A stretch of DNA of 64,000 nt from Chloroflexota bacterium. Lineage in GTDB: Bacteria > Chloroflexota > Dehalococcoidia > Tepidiformales > Tepidiformaceae. Positions 9,825 to 18,549 of the stretch are shown one piece after another (within the stretch, counting starts at the first letter, position 1; each line of letters starts with the position of its first letter). The translations under genes were made by a program, and so were the position numbers. The stretch covers positions 241,155-305,154 of the forward strand of contig JACPOQ010000028.1 of the NCBI GenBank assembly GCA_016191435.1. Reading direction: 5' to 3'. The notes beneath the pieces were generated by a model, which was not told the DNA's origin, ran no database searches, and worked only from the letters and a program-made list of their open reading frames with translations.

Positions 9825-11423
9825 ATGACGCGACGTAGTTTCTGGGCCTGGGGCCTGGAATCGGACGAGCCTTCCGATGACGAACGCGCCAGGGCCGCCG
9901 CGAACCTGTCGAAGCGGTATGGCGTGACGCTGGAGCCGCCACCGGCGCCTACCGTTGCGAGCCTGGACCTCCGTCCACCCCGCATTACTGCGCCGGCCGC
10001 CCTGGCGACGCTCTGCTCGACCGATGCGCACGACCGCGCATCCCACACGTATGGCAAGGGCTATCAGGACGGTGTGCGCGCCTTCCGTGGCGATTTCCCG
10101 AACCCGCCGGATGTGGTCGCATCGCCCGCGAATGAGGCGGATGTCGTGGCGCTGCTCGAATGGTGCGACGCCGCAGGCGCGGCCGTGGTGCCGTACGGCG
10201 GCGGCTCGTCGGTTGTCGGTGGCGTCGAGGCCCCGCGCAATGCCGAGCGCGTGGTGTCGCTGGACCTCGGGAAGCTGGATCGCGTGCTCGAAGTGGACAC
10301 GGCGTCGCGGGCGGCGCGCATCCAGGCGGGCGTTTTAGGCCCGGCGCTGGAGGACCAGTTGCGGCCCCACGGGCTCACCCTGCGCCACTTCCCCCAGAGC
10401 TTCGAATATTCGTCGCTTGGCGGCTGGATCGTCACGCGCTCAGGCGGCCACTACGCCACGAACCACACACATATCGATGACTTCGTGGAATCGCTACGGA
10501 TGGTGACGCCCACCGGCGTATGGGAGTCACGCCGGCTTCCCGGCAGCGGCGCCGGGCCGAGCCCCGACCGCATGGTGATCGGGAGCGAGGGCATCCTCGG
10601 TGTGGTCACGGAAGCGTGGATGCGCCTGCAGGCGCGGCCGCGGTTCCGCGCCTCCGCGGGGGTGCTCTTCGCCGCCTTCGCCGGCGCTGCGGAAGCCGCG
10701 CGCCGCGTGGTGCAGGCGAAGCTGTGGCCGGCGAATTGCCGCGTGCTTGACCCGGTGGAGGCCGGCGCGGCAGCGGGATTAAGCGGCACGCAGGCGCTGC
10801 TCATCCTCGGCTTCGAGTCGGCCGAGATAGCCCAGGGCCCTTTCATCGCCGAGGCGGTACGCATCGCGCGCGAGTGCGGCGGCGTGGTCTCGGACGACCA
10901 GGTCATTGTCTCCGGGGGCGGCGACGAAGGAGTGGGGCGGCAGGGTGCGGTGGGCGAGTGGCGCAACTCCTTTGTGCGCGCCCCCTACCAGCGGAACCTC
11001 ACGCTCGGCCTTGGCATGGTCGGCGACACGTTCGAGACGGCGATCACCTGGGACCGCTGGCCCGAGTTCGACCGCGCGGTGCGCGCCGCGGCAATGGAAG
11101 CGATCCAGCGCGTCTGCGGCGGCGGCTCACTCAGCTGCCGGTTCACGCACGTCTACACCGATGGGCCGGCCCCCTACTACACGTTCTCGGCGCTCGGGAA
11201 GCGAGGGGCGGAGTTGGAGATGTGGGCCGAGATCAAGGCCGCGGCGGCGGACGCCCTCATGGCAGCGGGCGGGACGATTACGCACCACCACGCCGTCGGC
11301 CGCGACCATCGCCGCTGGTACGACCAGCAACGCCCGCCGCTGTTCGCGGAGGCCCTGCGCGCCGCCAGGCGCGCCGTCGACCCCAACGGGATTATGAACC
11401 CGGGAGTCCTGATAGACCCGTAG
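9825..11423 (+). CDS. FAD-linked oxidase, alkyl-DHAP synthase (AgpS)-like
   Basis: N-terminal RRSFWAWGLE, FAD_binding_4-like core VVPYGGGSSVVGG, C-terminal HHHAVGRDHRRWY...DPNGIMNPGVLI typical of the VAO/GlcD superfamily. Confidence 0.8.
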   Translation: MTRRSFWAWGLESDEPSDDERARAAANLSKRYGVTLEPPPAPTVASLDLRPPRITAPAALATLCSTDAHDRASHTYGKGYQDGVRAFRGDFPNPPDVVASPANEADVVALLEWCDAAGAAVVPYGGGSSVVGGVEAPRNAERVVSLDLGKLDRVLEVDTASRAARIQAGVLGPALEDQLRPHGLTLRHFPQSFEYSSLGGWIVTRSGGHYATNHTHIDDFVESLRMVTPTGVWESRRLPGSGAGPSPDRMVIGSEGILGVVTEAWMRLQARPRFRASAGVLFAAFAGAAEAARRVVQAKLWPANCRVLDPVEAGAAAGLSGTQALLILGFESAEIAQGPFIAEAVRIARECGGVVSDDQVIVSGGGDEGVGRQGAVGEWRNSFVRAPYQRNLTLGLGMVGDTFETAITWDRWPEFDRAVRAAAMEAIQRVCGGGSLSCRFTHVYTDGPAPYYTFSALGKRGAELEMWAEIKAAAADALMAAGGTITHHHAVGRDHRRWYDQQRPPLFAEALRAARRAVDPNGIMNPGVLIDP

Positions 11424-11429
11424 GGCGGC

Positions 11430-12083
11430 TCAATTGTTCGAGCCGATGCCGTTGTACCTCTGGCAGCGCTGTTCGCGGACCTCGATCCTGGTGCGCGTCA
11501 GCAGGTCGTCCACGAGGCCGGCAAGGTACTCGACGCGCTCGGCCGCCGGCTCGAGTTCCAGCAAGCGCTGCTTTGCCGGCTCATCCGCCTGCAGCCAGGG
11601 CGCGAGGAAATCGACGAGCCTGTGGGGATGCGCGGGCAGCCGGAGGCCGCGCGCCCATTGCCCCGATTGCGACAGGGCGAGCTGGAAGTACTCCGGGAAG
11701 CGCAGTCGCACGGCTGCGAGTGCTTCATCGAGCGCTGCGCTGGCTTCCCAGTGGTCGTCATCGATGAGTTCGATCTCGCCGTACGGATACGGCCGTGGCG
11801 GCAACATGCGGATGAGCCGGAAGCGCCGCTCCCCCCGTGCCGTAAGGACGAACCGGCCTTCCTTCAGCTCGCGCGATTCCTCGATGTACGCCGTGGTGCC
11901 GGTGCCGAACGGGATGGCGCCGCCGCCGACCTCGCGTCCTTCGCGGATAAGGATCACGCCGAAGCGGCCGCCATTTTCGAGCAGCTCGCGCGTCATCGCC
12001 TTGTAGCGGTCTTCGAAGATTTGCAGCGGCAACTCCATCCCCGGGAACAGCACGGTGCGGAGAGGAAAGAGCGGCAACTCCAT
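11430..12083 (-). CDS. Stand-alone LON N-terminal (substrate-binding, PUA-like) domain protein
   Basis: MELPLFPLRTVLFPGMELPLQIFEDRYKAM is the hallmark Lon-N start. 217 aa, no ATPase or protease part. Confidence 0.8.
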   Translation of the reverse strand: MELPLFPLRTVLFPGMELPLQIFEDRYKAMTRELLENGGRFGVILIREGREVGGGAIPFGTGTTAYIEESRELKEGRFVLTARGERRFRLIRMLPPRPYPYGEIELIDDDHWEASAALDEALAAVRLRFPEYFQLALSQSGQWARGLRLPAHPHRLVDFLAPWLQADEPAKQRLLELEPAAERVEYLAGLVDDLLTRTRIEVREQRCQRYNGIGSNN

Positions 12084-12111
12084 CGGCTATCCCCGGGTGG
12101 CGGCGCCTGGG

Positions 12112-12579
12112 CTAGCGCGATTGCAGCCAGGCCTCGACTTGCGGGCGGTGCTCCTCGAAGTGGTGCGTGCCCGACGCTTCGAGCAGGCGGTTCCCGATCC
12201 GCGGCCGCCCCTTTTCGGCGTCGATGCCGTAAAACGAATCGTCGAGCGCTTTCGCGGCGGCGTAGTACTCGTGGAAGGCGTGGTCGAAGTCTTCCAGCGC
12301 GGCCGCGCCCACTTTCGGCATGGCAGCGAACTTCGCGTTCCAGCTGTCGGCATCGGCGTAGTTGGCGCCTTCGGGCGCGGGCCGCTCGCCGCGCGCGACG
12401 CGGCCGAACGCCGGCGCCATCTCGCGGTACCAGCCGGCCATATGTGCGAGCAGCTGGTTGAGGTTCCACGTGCCGAGCATGGTCTCGCTGTAGGCCTCGT
12501 TCGGGAGCGGCGTGATGAGCTCGCGGAAGTCGACGTAATCACGCTCGAGCTCGCCGATGATGCTTGCTTTGTCGGACAT
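12112..12579 (-). CDS. DinB/ClbS-like four-helix-bundle protein
   Basis: 155 aa. WNLNQLLAHMAGWYRE and a C-terminal HHFEEH pattern. RBS GGAGGA upstream. Family assignment is by eye only. Confidence 0.5.
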   Translation of the reverse strand: MSDKASIIGELERDYVDFRELITPLPNEAYSETMLGTWNLNQLLAHMAGWYREMAPAFGRVARGERPAPEGANYADADSWNAKFAAMPKVGAAALEDFDHAFHEYYAAAKALDDSFYGIDAEKGRPRIGNRLLEASGTHHFEEHRPQVEAWLQSR

Positions 12580-12607
12580 GGGATCCTCCGTGCGTGCTTG
12601 CGGGCGG

Positions 12608-14041
12608 CTAGAGACCGGCTAACTGACGGGCGTATTCCAGCGTACGCCGGCTATCGTAGGCCCGCGAGATCATCAGCTTCTCCGCTTCGAGCGAGCCCTC
12701 CGCGTGGATCGCGAGCACGGCGTGGTAGCCACCGAAGTCGCCCGTCGTGAGGTCGCTGACCATGTTCATGGCCCGCGTCCGCACCTCGCCATCGATGCCG
12801 GCTTTGCCGCCGAGATACTTGCGCAGCAGGTCCCCGGTCTCCGGTGCGCTGAAATCCTCGACGCCCGGTCCCGTGACGAGCATGCCGCCGGCGATGTCCT
12901 GCACGTGCTGCAGCGCTTCGTGGTAGTTGTGCGCGAAATGGTACTTCGCCATGTTCGTGGTCAGCGGGTCCGGGGCGTAGATGCCGTTCTCGTCCGGCTT
13001 GCCCCGCAACGCGGCCATCTCGGTGAGCGCGCGCAGCGTTTCGGCGTAGCTGATGAGCCAGGTGAGCTTCTCGCGGACGTGCGCGGCCTTACTAATACCG
13101 TTGATGTCCGCCATTAGCAGCGCCGAGCCGATGAGCGCATCCACGAGCGGCAGCTTGTAGCTGACGGCCGTGAAGCGGTGGTATTCGACGAAGCCAAGCG
13201 CAATCGCGACTGCAAAGTCATATTCGCCCGCGAGGAAGACGCGCTCCCATGGCACGAACACGTCTTCAAAGATAGTGATGGTCTCCATCATCTTGCGCTC
13301 GGCGCTGAGCGGGGCATCGAACTCAGTCTTGGCGGAGCCGCCATAGGGGCTCGCGACGAGCTTCACGCCGGGCGTGTTCACGGGGATGGCGAAAGCGACG
13401 GCGTAGTCGGCGTCGGCCTCAGAGAGTGCGCGCGTCGGCAGCACGATGAGCTCGTTGGTGTTCGTCGTGCAGCTCGTATGGATCTTCGCCCCGCGGACGA
13501 CGATGCCATCCGCGCGGCGCTCCACGATGTGGGTGTAGTAGTCGGGGTGGGCCTGGTTCGACGGGCCCGCGCTGCGGTCGCCCTTCACATCGGTCTGGGC
13601 GACGGACATCGTCAGGTCGTTATCGCGGCAATGGCGGTAGAACGCCTGCACGCGCTTGAGGTATTCCGTCTCGTACTTCTGGTCGACCAGCCGTGAGACC
13701 TTGTGGAGCGCGAACAGCGCGTCCGTGCCGATTTCCTTCACCAGCGGCACGAGCGTCTTTCCCATCGCGGTCGAAGCTTCGATGAGTTTCGAGCGCTGGA
13801 GCAGGTCGTCCGTGCTGGCCGGGATCTTGTAGTAGCGGCTGTATTCGTCGCCATCTTCCTGGACGACCGCGAGTTCGCGCGTGGCCGGGTCCTCCGCCAT
13901 CAGGTAATCGACGCAGGCATGCGTGACGGCTTTGCCAATGACCTTGTGCGTGGTGACGTCCGCGACCTTTTCGCCCCGGTAGTAGACGGTGCGGTCGTCG
14001 CGGACGGAATCGATGTATTGCTGAGCGGTGCGGAGTCCCAT
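12608..14041 (-). CDS. HpaB/AbfD-family protein (4-hydroxyphenylacetate 3-hydroxylase / 4-hydroxybutyryl-CoA dehydratase superfamily)
   Basis: From ATG 14041: MGLRTAQQYIDSVRDDRTVYYRGEKVADVTTH; TDVKGDRSAGPSNQAHPDYYTHIVERRADGIVVRGAK. 477 aa. Confidence 0.75.
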   Translation of the reverse strand: MGLRTAQQYIDSVRDDRTVYYRGEKVADVTTHKVIGKAVTHACVDYLMAEDPATRELAVVQEDGDEYSRYYKIPASTDDLLQRSKLIEASTAMGKTLVPLVKEIGTDALFALHKVSRLVDQKYETEYLKRVQAFYRHCRDNDLTMSVAQTDVKGDRSAGPSNQAHPDYYTHIVERRADGIVVRGAKIHTSCTTNTNELIVLPTRALSEADADYAVAFAIPVNTPGVKLVASPYGGSAKTEFDAPLSAERKMMETITIFEDVFVPWERVFLAGEYDFAVAIALGFVEYHRFTAVSYKLPLVDALIGSALLMADINGISKAAHVREKLTWLISYAETLRALTEMAALRGKPDENGIYAPDPLTTNMAKYHFAHNYHEALQHVQDIAGGMLVTGPGVEDFSAPETGDLLRKYLGGKAGIDGEVRTRAMNMVSDLTTGDFGGYHAVLAIHAEGSLEAEKLMISRAYDSRRTLEYARQLAGL

Positions 14042-14213
14042 GGAGGTGTCTTCCCGTAGTGGATTGCCGCGGGCAAATACCGTTGGCGTGGGCATCATAA
14101 CCCACCGGCCGGGTTGGAACCGGGCGATGCGCGGCTTGCACCGTCGAGCGGACGTGCCCCGCCCGCAAGAAGCCTCGAAACTGCCATGCCCACGCGTCTG
14201 GTACTCTGAAGCG

Positions 14214-15092
14214 GTGGAATTCCTCACTGTCGAGCGCCGGCCCGACTTGCACGACCCGATGGCGATCGTGGCGTTTTCGGGATGGAACGACGCCGCCAGT
14301 GCAGCCACCGACGCCGCTCGTTTCGTGATCCGCCGCCTGGGTGCGCGCCGCTTCGCGACAATCGATGCGGATCCGTTCTACGACTTCCGCGAGTCACGCC
14401 CGGCGGTTTCGATCTCGTTCGGGGGCGAGCGCGAGGTGAAGTGGCCGAAGAACGAGTTCTTCTACGCGCGTAACCCGGCCGGCCCCCATGACATCGTGGT
14501 CTTCGTCGGCGTCGAGCCCAGCCTCGGGTGGTCGGCATTCACGCGCGCGCACGTGGACCTGTACCGCGACCTTGGGACCGGCCTCGTCGTTTCGCTCGGA
14601 GCGTTGCTTGCGGATGTCCCCCATACGCGCGAGCCGCGCGTCACCGGCACCGCCATCGACCCCGAGGTGGCCGCCCGGCTGGAGCTGACGACGTCCCGCT
14701 ACGAAGGGCCGACGGGGATCGTCGGGGTGCTCCACGACCGCCTGCGCCGGGCCGGGACGCCCGCCGCCAGCCTCTGGGCGAACGTGCCGCACTACATCAC
14801 GACTTCCCAGAACCCGAACGCGACTGCGGCGCTCCTGCGCCGGCTGGGCGTGTTGACGGGCCTCACGTTCGACCTTCGCGACCTTCAATCCGCCGGCGAA
14901 CGATTCGTGGCCGAGGTGAATACCGCACTCGAAGGAAACGACGAGATCGCCCAGTACGTGCGGCGGCTCGAAGAGGCCGCCGACGACCCGTCGCGGCAGG
15001 ACACCGAACGTACGGGAGGCTTTGTGCCCCCGGGCGAGGACCTTCTGCTGGATATCGAGGAGTTCTTGCGACAGAATCGCGGAGATACCTAA
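14214..15092 (+). CDS. PAC2 (proteasome assembly chaperone 2-like) family protein
   Basis: PMAIVAFSGWNDAASAATDAARF motif. GTG 14214 preferred; ATG 14127 is an alternative. Confidence 0.7.
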   Translation: MEFLTVERRPDLHDPMAIVAFSGWNDAASAATDAARFVIRRLGARRFATIDADPFYDFRESRPAVSISFGGEREVKWPKNEFFYARNPAGPHDIVVFVGVEPSLGWSAFTRAHVDLYRDLGTGLVVSLGALLADVPHTREPRVTGTAIDPEVAARLELTTSRYEGPTGIVGVLHDRLRRAGTPAASLWANVPHYITTSQNPNATAALLRRLGVLTGLTFDLRDLQSAGERFVAEVNTALEGNDEIAQYVRRLEEAADDPSRQDTERTGGFVPPGEDLLLDIEEFLRQNRGDT

Positions 15093-15142
15093 ATCCAGCC
15101 CAACGAGGTGCGACGCGGGGCACCAGCGTAAAATCGAGAGCC

Positions 15143-16210
15143 ATGACCGACCCCGCCATCCAATTTGCGTCCACGCGGGATGGTGTGAGCATCGCCTTTT
15201 GGACCATGGGCGAGGGGCCGCCACTCATCTACCTCGATGTCCCCGGGTTCAGCCACGTCCAGCTGGAACTTTCGATCGCGCCCTATCGCGTCTGGCACGA
15301 TCGGTTGAGCCGCGGGCGCCGGCTCGTGCGCCTGGACTTCCGCGGCACCGGCGCTTCAGGACGGATCATCGAGGGGTTCTCAGTCGATTCCCTCGCCGCC
15401 GACGTGATGGCAGTCGTCGACAAGCTGCACCTGCGGTCGTTTTCGCTGTTCGCCCGTGATGGCGCCTCGCCCGTCGCCATCAAGCTGGCGACCGCGTGCC
15501 CTGAGCGGCTTCACCGGCTGATCCTGTTCAACCCCTGGACAAACGGCGCCGAGCTGCCCATCCACGCCTCGCTCGCGGCGGCGGAACCGCTGATCGATGT
15601 GAACTGGCACATGTTCAGTGAGATGCTGGCGCGAGTGGTGATGGCAGTGCCCGACGAGGAGGCGGCCGGCGTTGCGGCGTTCCTGCGGCGTTGCACCACC
15701 CCCGAGGGCTGGAAGGCGCTGGCCGCCGCGCAGCGCGCCACCGACGTGACGCACCTCCTCGCACGCATCGGATGCCCCGTGCTCGTCATCAGCACCGGCC
15801 GGACGAAACTCGGCTCGCTCGATCTGAGCAGGCAGATCACTTCGCAGATCCCCGATGCACAGCTGCTCTGGTTCGAAGGTGCGATGGTGCCGCTTGGCGA
15901 CACCGGCGCCGTGGGCGACGCCATCGAGGCGTTCCTCGGCGAGCCGGCCGAGGTCGAGGAACCGGAGCCCAGCGCTGGGGGTGGGGCGCCGCCGCACCAG
16001 CGACCGGTGCTGGACAAGCCGTTGTCCCCGCGCGAGCTGGAGGTGCTCCGCTTCATCGCGCTCGGCCGCACGAACCAGGAGATCGCCGACGAGCTCGTGG
16101 TCTCGCTTCACACGGTCCGGCGCCACGTAAGCAACATCCTCTCCAAAATCGATGTCTCCAACAGGACCCAGGCCGCGCGGTATGCCAGCCGCTGGAGGCT
16201 GCTGGACTGA
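15143..16210 (+). CDS. Alpha/beta-hydrolase-fold domain fused to a C-terminal LuxR-type HTH
   Basis: N-terminal hydrolase-fold pattern (GPPLIYLDVPGFSH, LVRLDFRGTG, CPVLVI). C-terminal LSPRELEVLRFIALGRTNQEIADELVVSLHTVRRHVSNILSKI. Confidence 0.8.
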   Translation: MTDPAIQFASTRDGVSIAFWTMGEGPPLIYLDVPGFSHVQLELSIAPYRVWHDRLSRGRRLVRLDFRGTGASGRIIEGFSVDSLAADVMAVVDKLHLRSFSLFARDGASPVAIKLATACPERLHRLILFNPWTNGAELPIHASLAAAEPLIDVNWHMFSEMLARVVMAVPDEEAAGVAAFLRRCTTPEGWKALAAAQRATDVTHLLARIGCPVLVISTGRTKLGSLDLSRQITSQIPDAQLLWFEGAMVPLGDTGAVGDAIEAFLGEPAEVEEPEPSAGGGAPPHQRPVLDKPLSPRELEVLRFIALGRTNQEIADELVVSLHTVRRHVSNILSKIDVSNRTQAARYASRWRLLD

Positions 16211-16273
16211 TGCGCCCGCTGCCGCCCCGCCGCGCCGGTGTACCGGAGCGCCGTCGCGGCGGAGCATTGGCCC

Positions 16274-17641
16274 ATGACCCCTGACCCGTTGGCCGATGCC
16301 GTCGCCGAGGCGATCGGCGTCGCGCACGTGCTCCGCGAGCCAGCCGAGTTGCCTGGCTACGAGACGGACTGGACGCGCCGCTTCCACGGGAAGGCGCGAT
16401 TCGTCGCCCGCCCGGGCGACACCGGCGAGTGCGCGGCGGTCCTCCGGCTCTGCGCGGAGGCCGGGGCTGCAATCGTGCCGCAAGGCGGCAATACAGGACT
16501 CGTCGGCGGAAGCGTGCCGCGCGGTGGCGAGGTCGTGCTCAGCACACTGCGGACGCAGCAACTGGGAGCGGTCGATGTGATTGCCGGGCAGGTCACGGCG
16601 GATGCGGGCGTAACCCTCGAACAGCTGCAGACCCATGTCCGCACCGCCGGCTTCGATTTCGGGGTGGACCTCGCGGCCCGCGGCAGCGCGACCGTGGGCG
16701 GCATGGTCGCGACCAACGCCGGGGGCACCCGGGTGCTGCGCTACGGCTCGATGCGCGAGCAGGTGCTCGGCCTGCAAGCTGTGCTGGCGGATGGTAGCGT
16801 CATCTCTCGGCTTTCCGGCGTGGCGAAAGACAACTCCGGCTACGACCTGCCCGCGCTGCTCGCCGGCAGCGAGGGGACGCTGGCTGCCATAACGCGGGTG
16901 CGCCTGCGGCTCATCCCGCTGTACGGGGCGCGCGCGACGGTACTGCTGGGGCTCGCCGGCACCAGGGCGGCGCTGGACGTCGCGGCAGCGCTGCGGCGCC
17001 GCTGCCCGTCGCTGGAATCGCTCGAGGTCTTCTACCGTGAGGGGCTGGCGCTGGTTTGCCATCATGCGGGAATCCAGCCGCCGTTCGCCGCATCGCATGG
17101 TGCGTACCTGGTGGCCGAATGCGCCGGGCAACGCGATCCGTCGGAAGAGTTGCTGGCCGCGCTGGCGGATTGCCCCGGCATCGAAGACAGCGCGTTCGCC
17201 GTGGACCGTGGCCGGCGAAGCGCGCTCTGGGCGTACCGCGAGCGCCATACCGAAGCGATAAATGCGGCCGGCGTCCCGGTGAAGCTCGATGTCGCCGTGC
17301 CGCTGGCGCAGGTCGTGCAATTCGAGTCCGAAGTTCGGCTTCTGCTCGCGGAGGAAGCGCCGGCGGCGCGGCCGGTCCTGTTCGGCCACCTGGCGGAGGG
17401 CAATTTCCACGTCAACCTCCTTGGCCTGGCGGAGGACGGCGAGGAGCGCGTCACGGGTCTTGTCCTCGGACTTGTCGCGCAGCTCGGGGGCAGCATCAGT
17501 TCCGAGCATGGCATCGGCATAGCCAAGCCCGCGTGGCTGTCGCTGACGCGCGTGCCGGCGGATATCGCTGCGATGCAGGCGATAAAGCGTGCCCTCGACC
17601 CGGCAGGGTTGATGAACCCTGGCGTCATTTTCCCAAAGTGA
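16274..17641 (+). CDS. FAD-linked oxidase, GlcD / D-lactate or D-2-hydroxyacid dehydrogenase-like
   Basis: IVPQGGNTGLVGGSVP, then EHGIGIAKPAWL...DPAGLMNPGVIFPK. ATG 16274 has GGAG 9 nt upstream; GTG 16238 is an alternative. Confidence 0.85.
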   Translation: MTPDPLADAVAEAIGVAHVLREPAELPGYETDWTRRFHGKARFVARPGDTGECAAVLRLCAEAGAAIVPQGGNTGLVGGSVPRGGEVVLSTLRTQQLGAVDVIAGQVTADAGVTLEQLQTHVRTAGFDFGVDLAARGSATVGGMVATNAGGTRVLRYGSMREQVLGLQAVLADGSVISRLSGVAKDNSGYDLPALLAGSEGTLAAITRVRLRLIPLYGARATVLLGLAGTRAALDVAAALRRRCPSLESLEVFYREGLALVCHHAGIQPPFAASHGAYLVAECAGQRDPSEELLAALADCPGIEDSAFAVDRGRRSALWAYRERHTEAINAAGVPVKLDVAVPLAQVVQFESEVRLLLAEEAPAARPVLFGHLAEGNFHVNLLGLAEDGEERVTGLVLGLVAQLGGSISSEHGIGIAKPAWLSLTRVPADIAAMQAIKRALDPAGLMNPGVIFPK

Positions 17642-18549
17642 GCGGCATCCGCGGGAGGCGCCGGCGCCGGAGTCGCCCGTTCACCGTTTCCGCCGCGGCC
17701 GGACAGGCCCCCGCCGTCCGCCCCGTGCTGCCTCCGGCGTGGATTTCGCTCCTCCGGCTGCTCCATCCGTTCCCATCGCTGCTGGTGGCGGCGGTGACTG
17801 CAGCCATCATCCCGCTCGCCGACCGGGATACCGGGCCACGCCTGTACCCGCAGCTCGCGGGCGGCATGCTGCTCTTCCAGTTCGCCATCGGCGTCACGAA
17901 CGACATCGCGGACACCGATCTCGACCGCGTGGGAAAGCCCTGGAAGCCCCTCCCGAGAGGGCTGCTGTCGCGGCGGGCGGCGGTGTTGCTCGCGGCGGCG
18001 TTCTCAGGGGCGGGCCTCGCCGTCACGAGCACACTCGACATCGTCCCGTGGCTCATCGGCGGCGCCGGTCTGTTTTGCGGGCTTTCGTACGACCTCTGGC
18101 TCAAGCGCACCATCTTGAGCTGGCTGCCCTGGTCCGTAGCGTTCCCGCTCATACCGGCCTGGGTCTACTCCGCGACAGGCGAATGGACGCCGTTGCTCTG
18201 GTGGGTGTTCCCACTGGGGCTGCTGCTTGGCCTCGCGCTGTACCTCGCGAACCAGGCGCCGGATGCGGCGGCGGACAGCGGCGCGGGGGTCGGCGGGCTC
18301 GCGCAGCGTCTCGGACCGCGGCGCTCGTTGCGGCTGGGGGTGGCGTTCTTCGGCGCGGTGGCGTCTGTGGCGGCGGTCGTGCTGGTCGCGGCCGGCGAGA
18401 GTGGCCGGGCGGCGCTCGTCGCGCTTACCGCCGCACTGGCACTGCTGCTCGTGCCACGGGCGGCGCGCTACTTCGGCCGCGACGGGCTATTTGGGCTGAT
18501 CGCCGCGAGCGGCGCCACCATCGCGCTCGTGTTCCTTTCCGCCGCCTGA
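17638..18549 (+). CDS. UbiA-family prenyltransferase
   Basis: NDIADTDLDRVGKPWKPLPRG motif and about 8 TM helices. GTG start overlaps the oxidase stop (GTGA). Confidence 0.75.
   Translation: MSGIRGRRRRRSRPFTVSAAAGQAPAVRPVLPPAWISLLRLLHPFPSLLVAAVTAAIIPLADRDTGPRLYPQLAGGMLLFQFAIGVTNDIADTDLDRVGKPWKPLPRGLLSRRAAVLLAAAFSGAGLAVTSTLDIVPWLIGGAGLFCGLSYDLWLKRTILSWLPWSVAFPLIPAWVYSATGEWTPLLWWVFPLGLLLGLALYLANQAPDAAADSGAGVGGLAQRLGPRRSLRLGVAFFGAVASVAAVVLVAAGESGRAALVALTAALALLLVPRAARYFGRDGLFGLIAASGATIALVFLSAA

Noticed and set aside
8966-10057. Full 363-aa version of the hypothetical minus-strand ORF
   Set aside because: The first 120 codons are Arg/Ser/Gly-rich and would overlap the divergent FAD-oxidase start. 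The internal ATG 9697 begins right before the TM helix.
12608-14041. Evidence for a 4-hydroxybutyrate carbon-fixation or fermentation pathway
   Set aside because: This is a single superfamily member with no CoA-ligase, CoA-transferase or crotonase neighbours and no obvious Fe-S ligands. It is over-interpretation.
15380-17509. 709-aa minus-strand ORF, the longest unannotated ORF in the track
   Set aside because: It lies antisense to two plus-strand genes with unmistakable motifs (the LuxR HTH and the FAD-oxidase core). Its product is Arg/Gly/Pro-rich with no motif. This is a typical stop-poor shadow frame in GC-rich DNA.
9825-18549. An ether-lipid pathway made of the AgpS-like oxidase, the UbiA prenyltransferase and the IMPase
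   Set aside because: The genes are on different strands or in different operons, separated by unrelated genes. No acyltransferase or reductase partner is present. Any link would be pure speculation.
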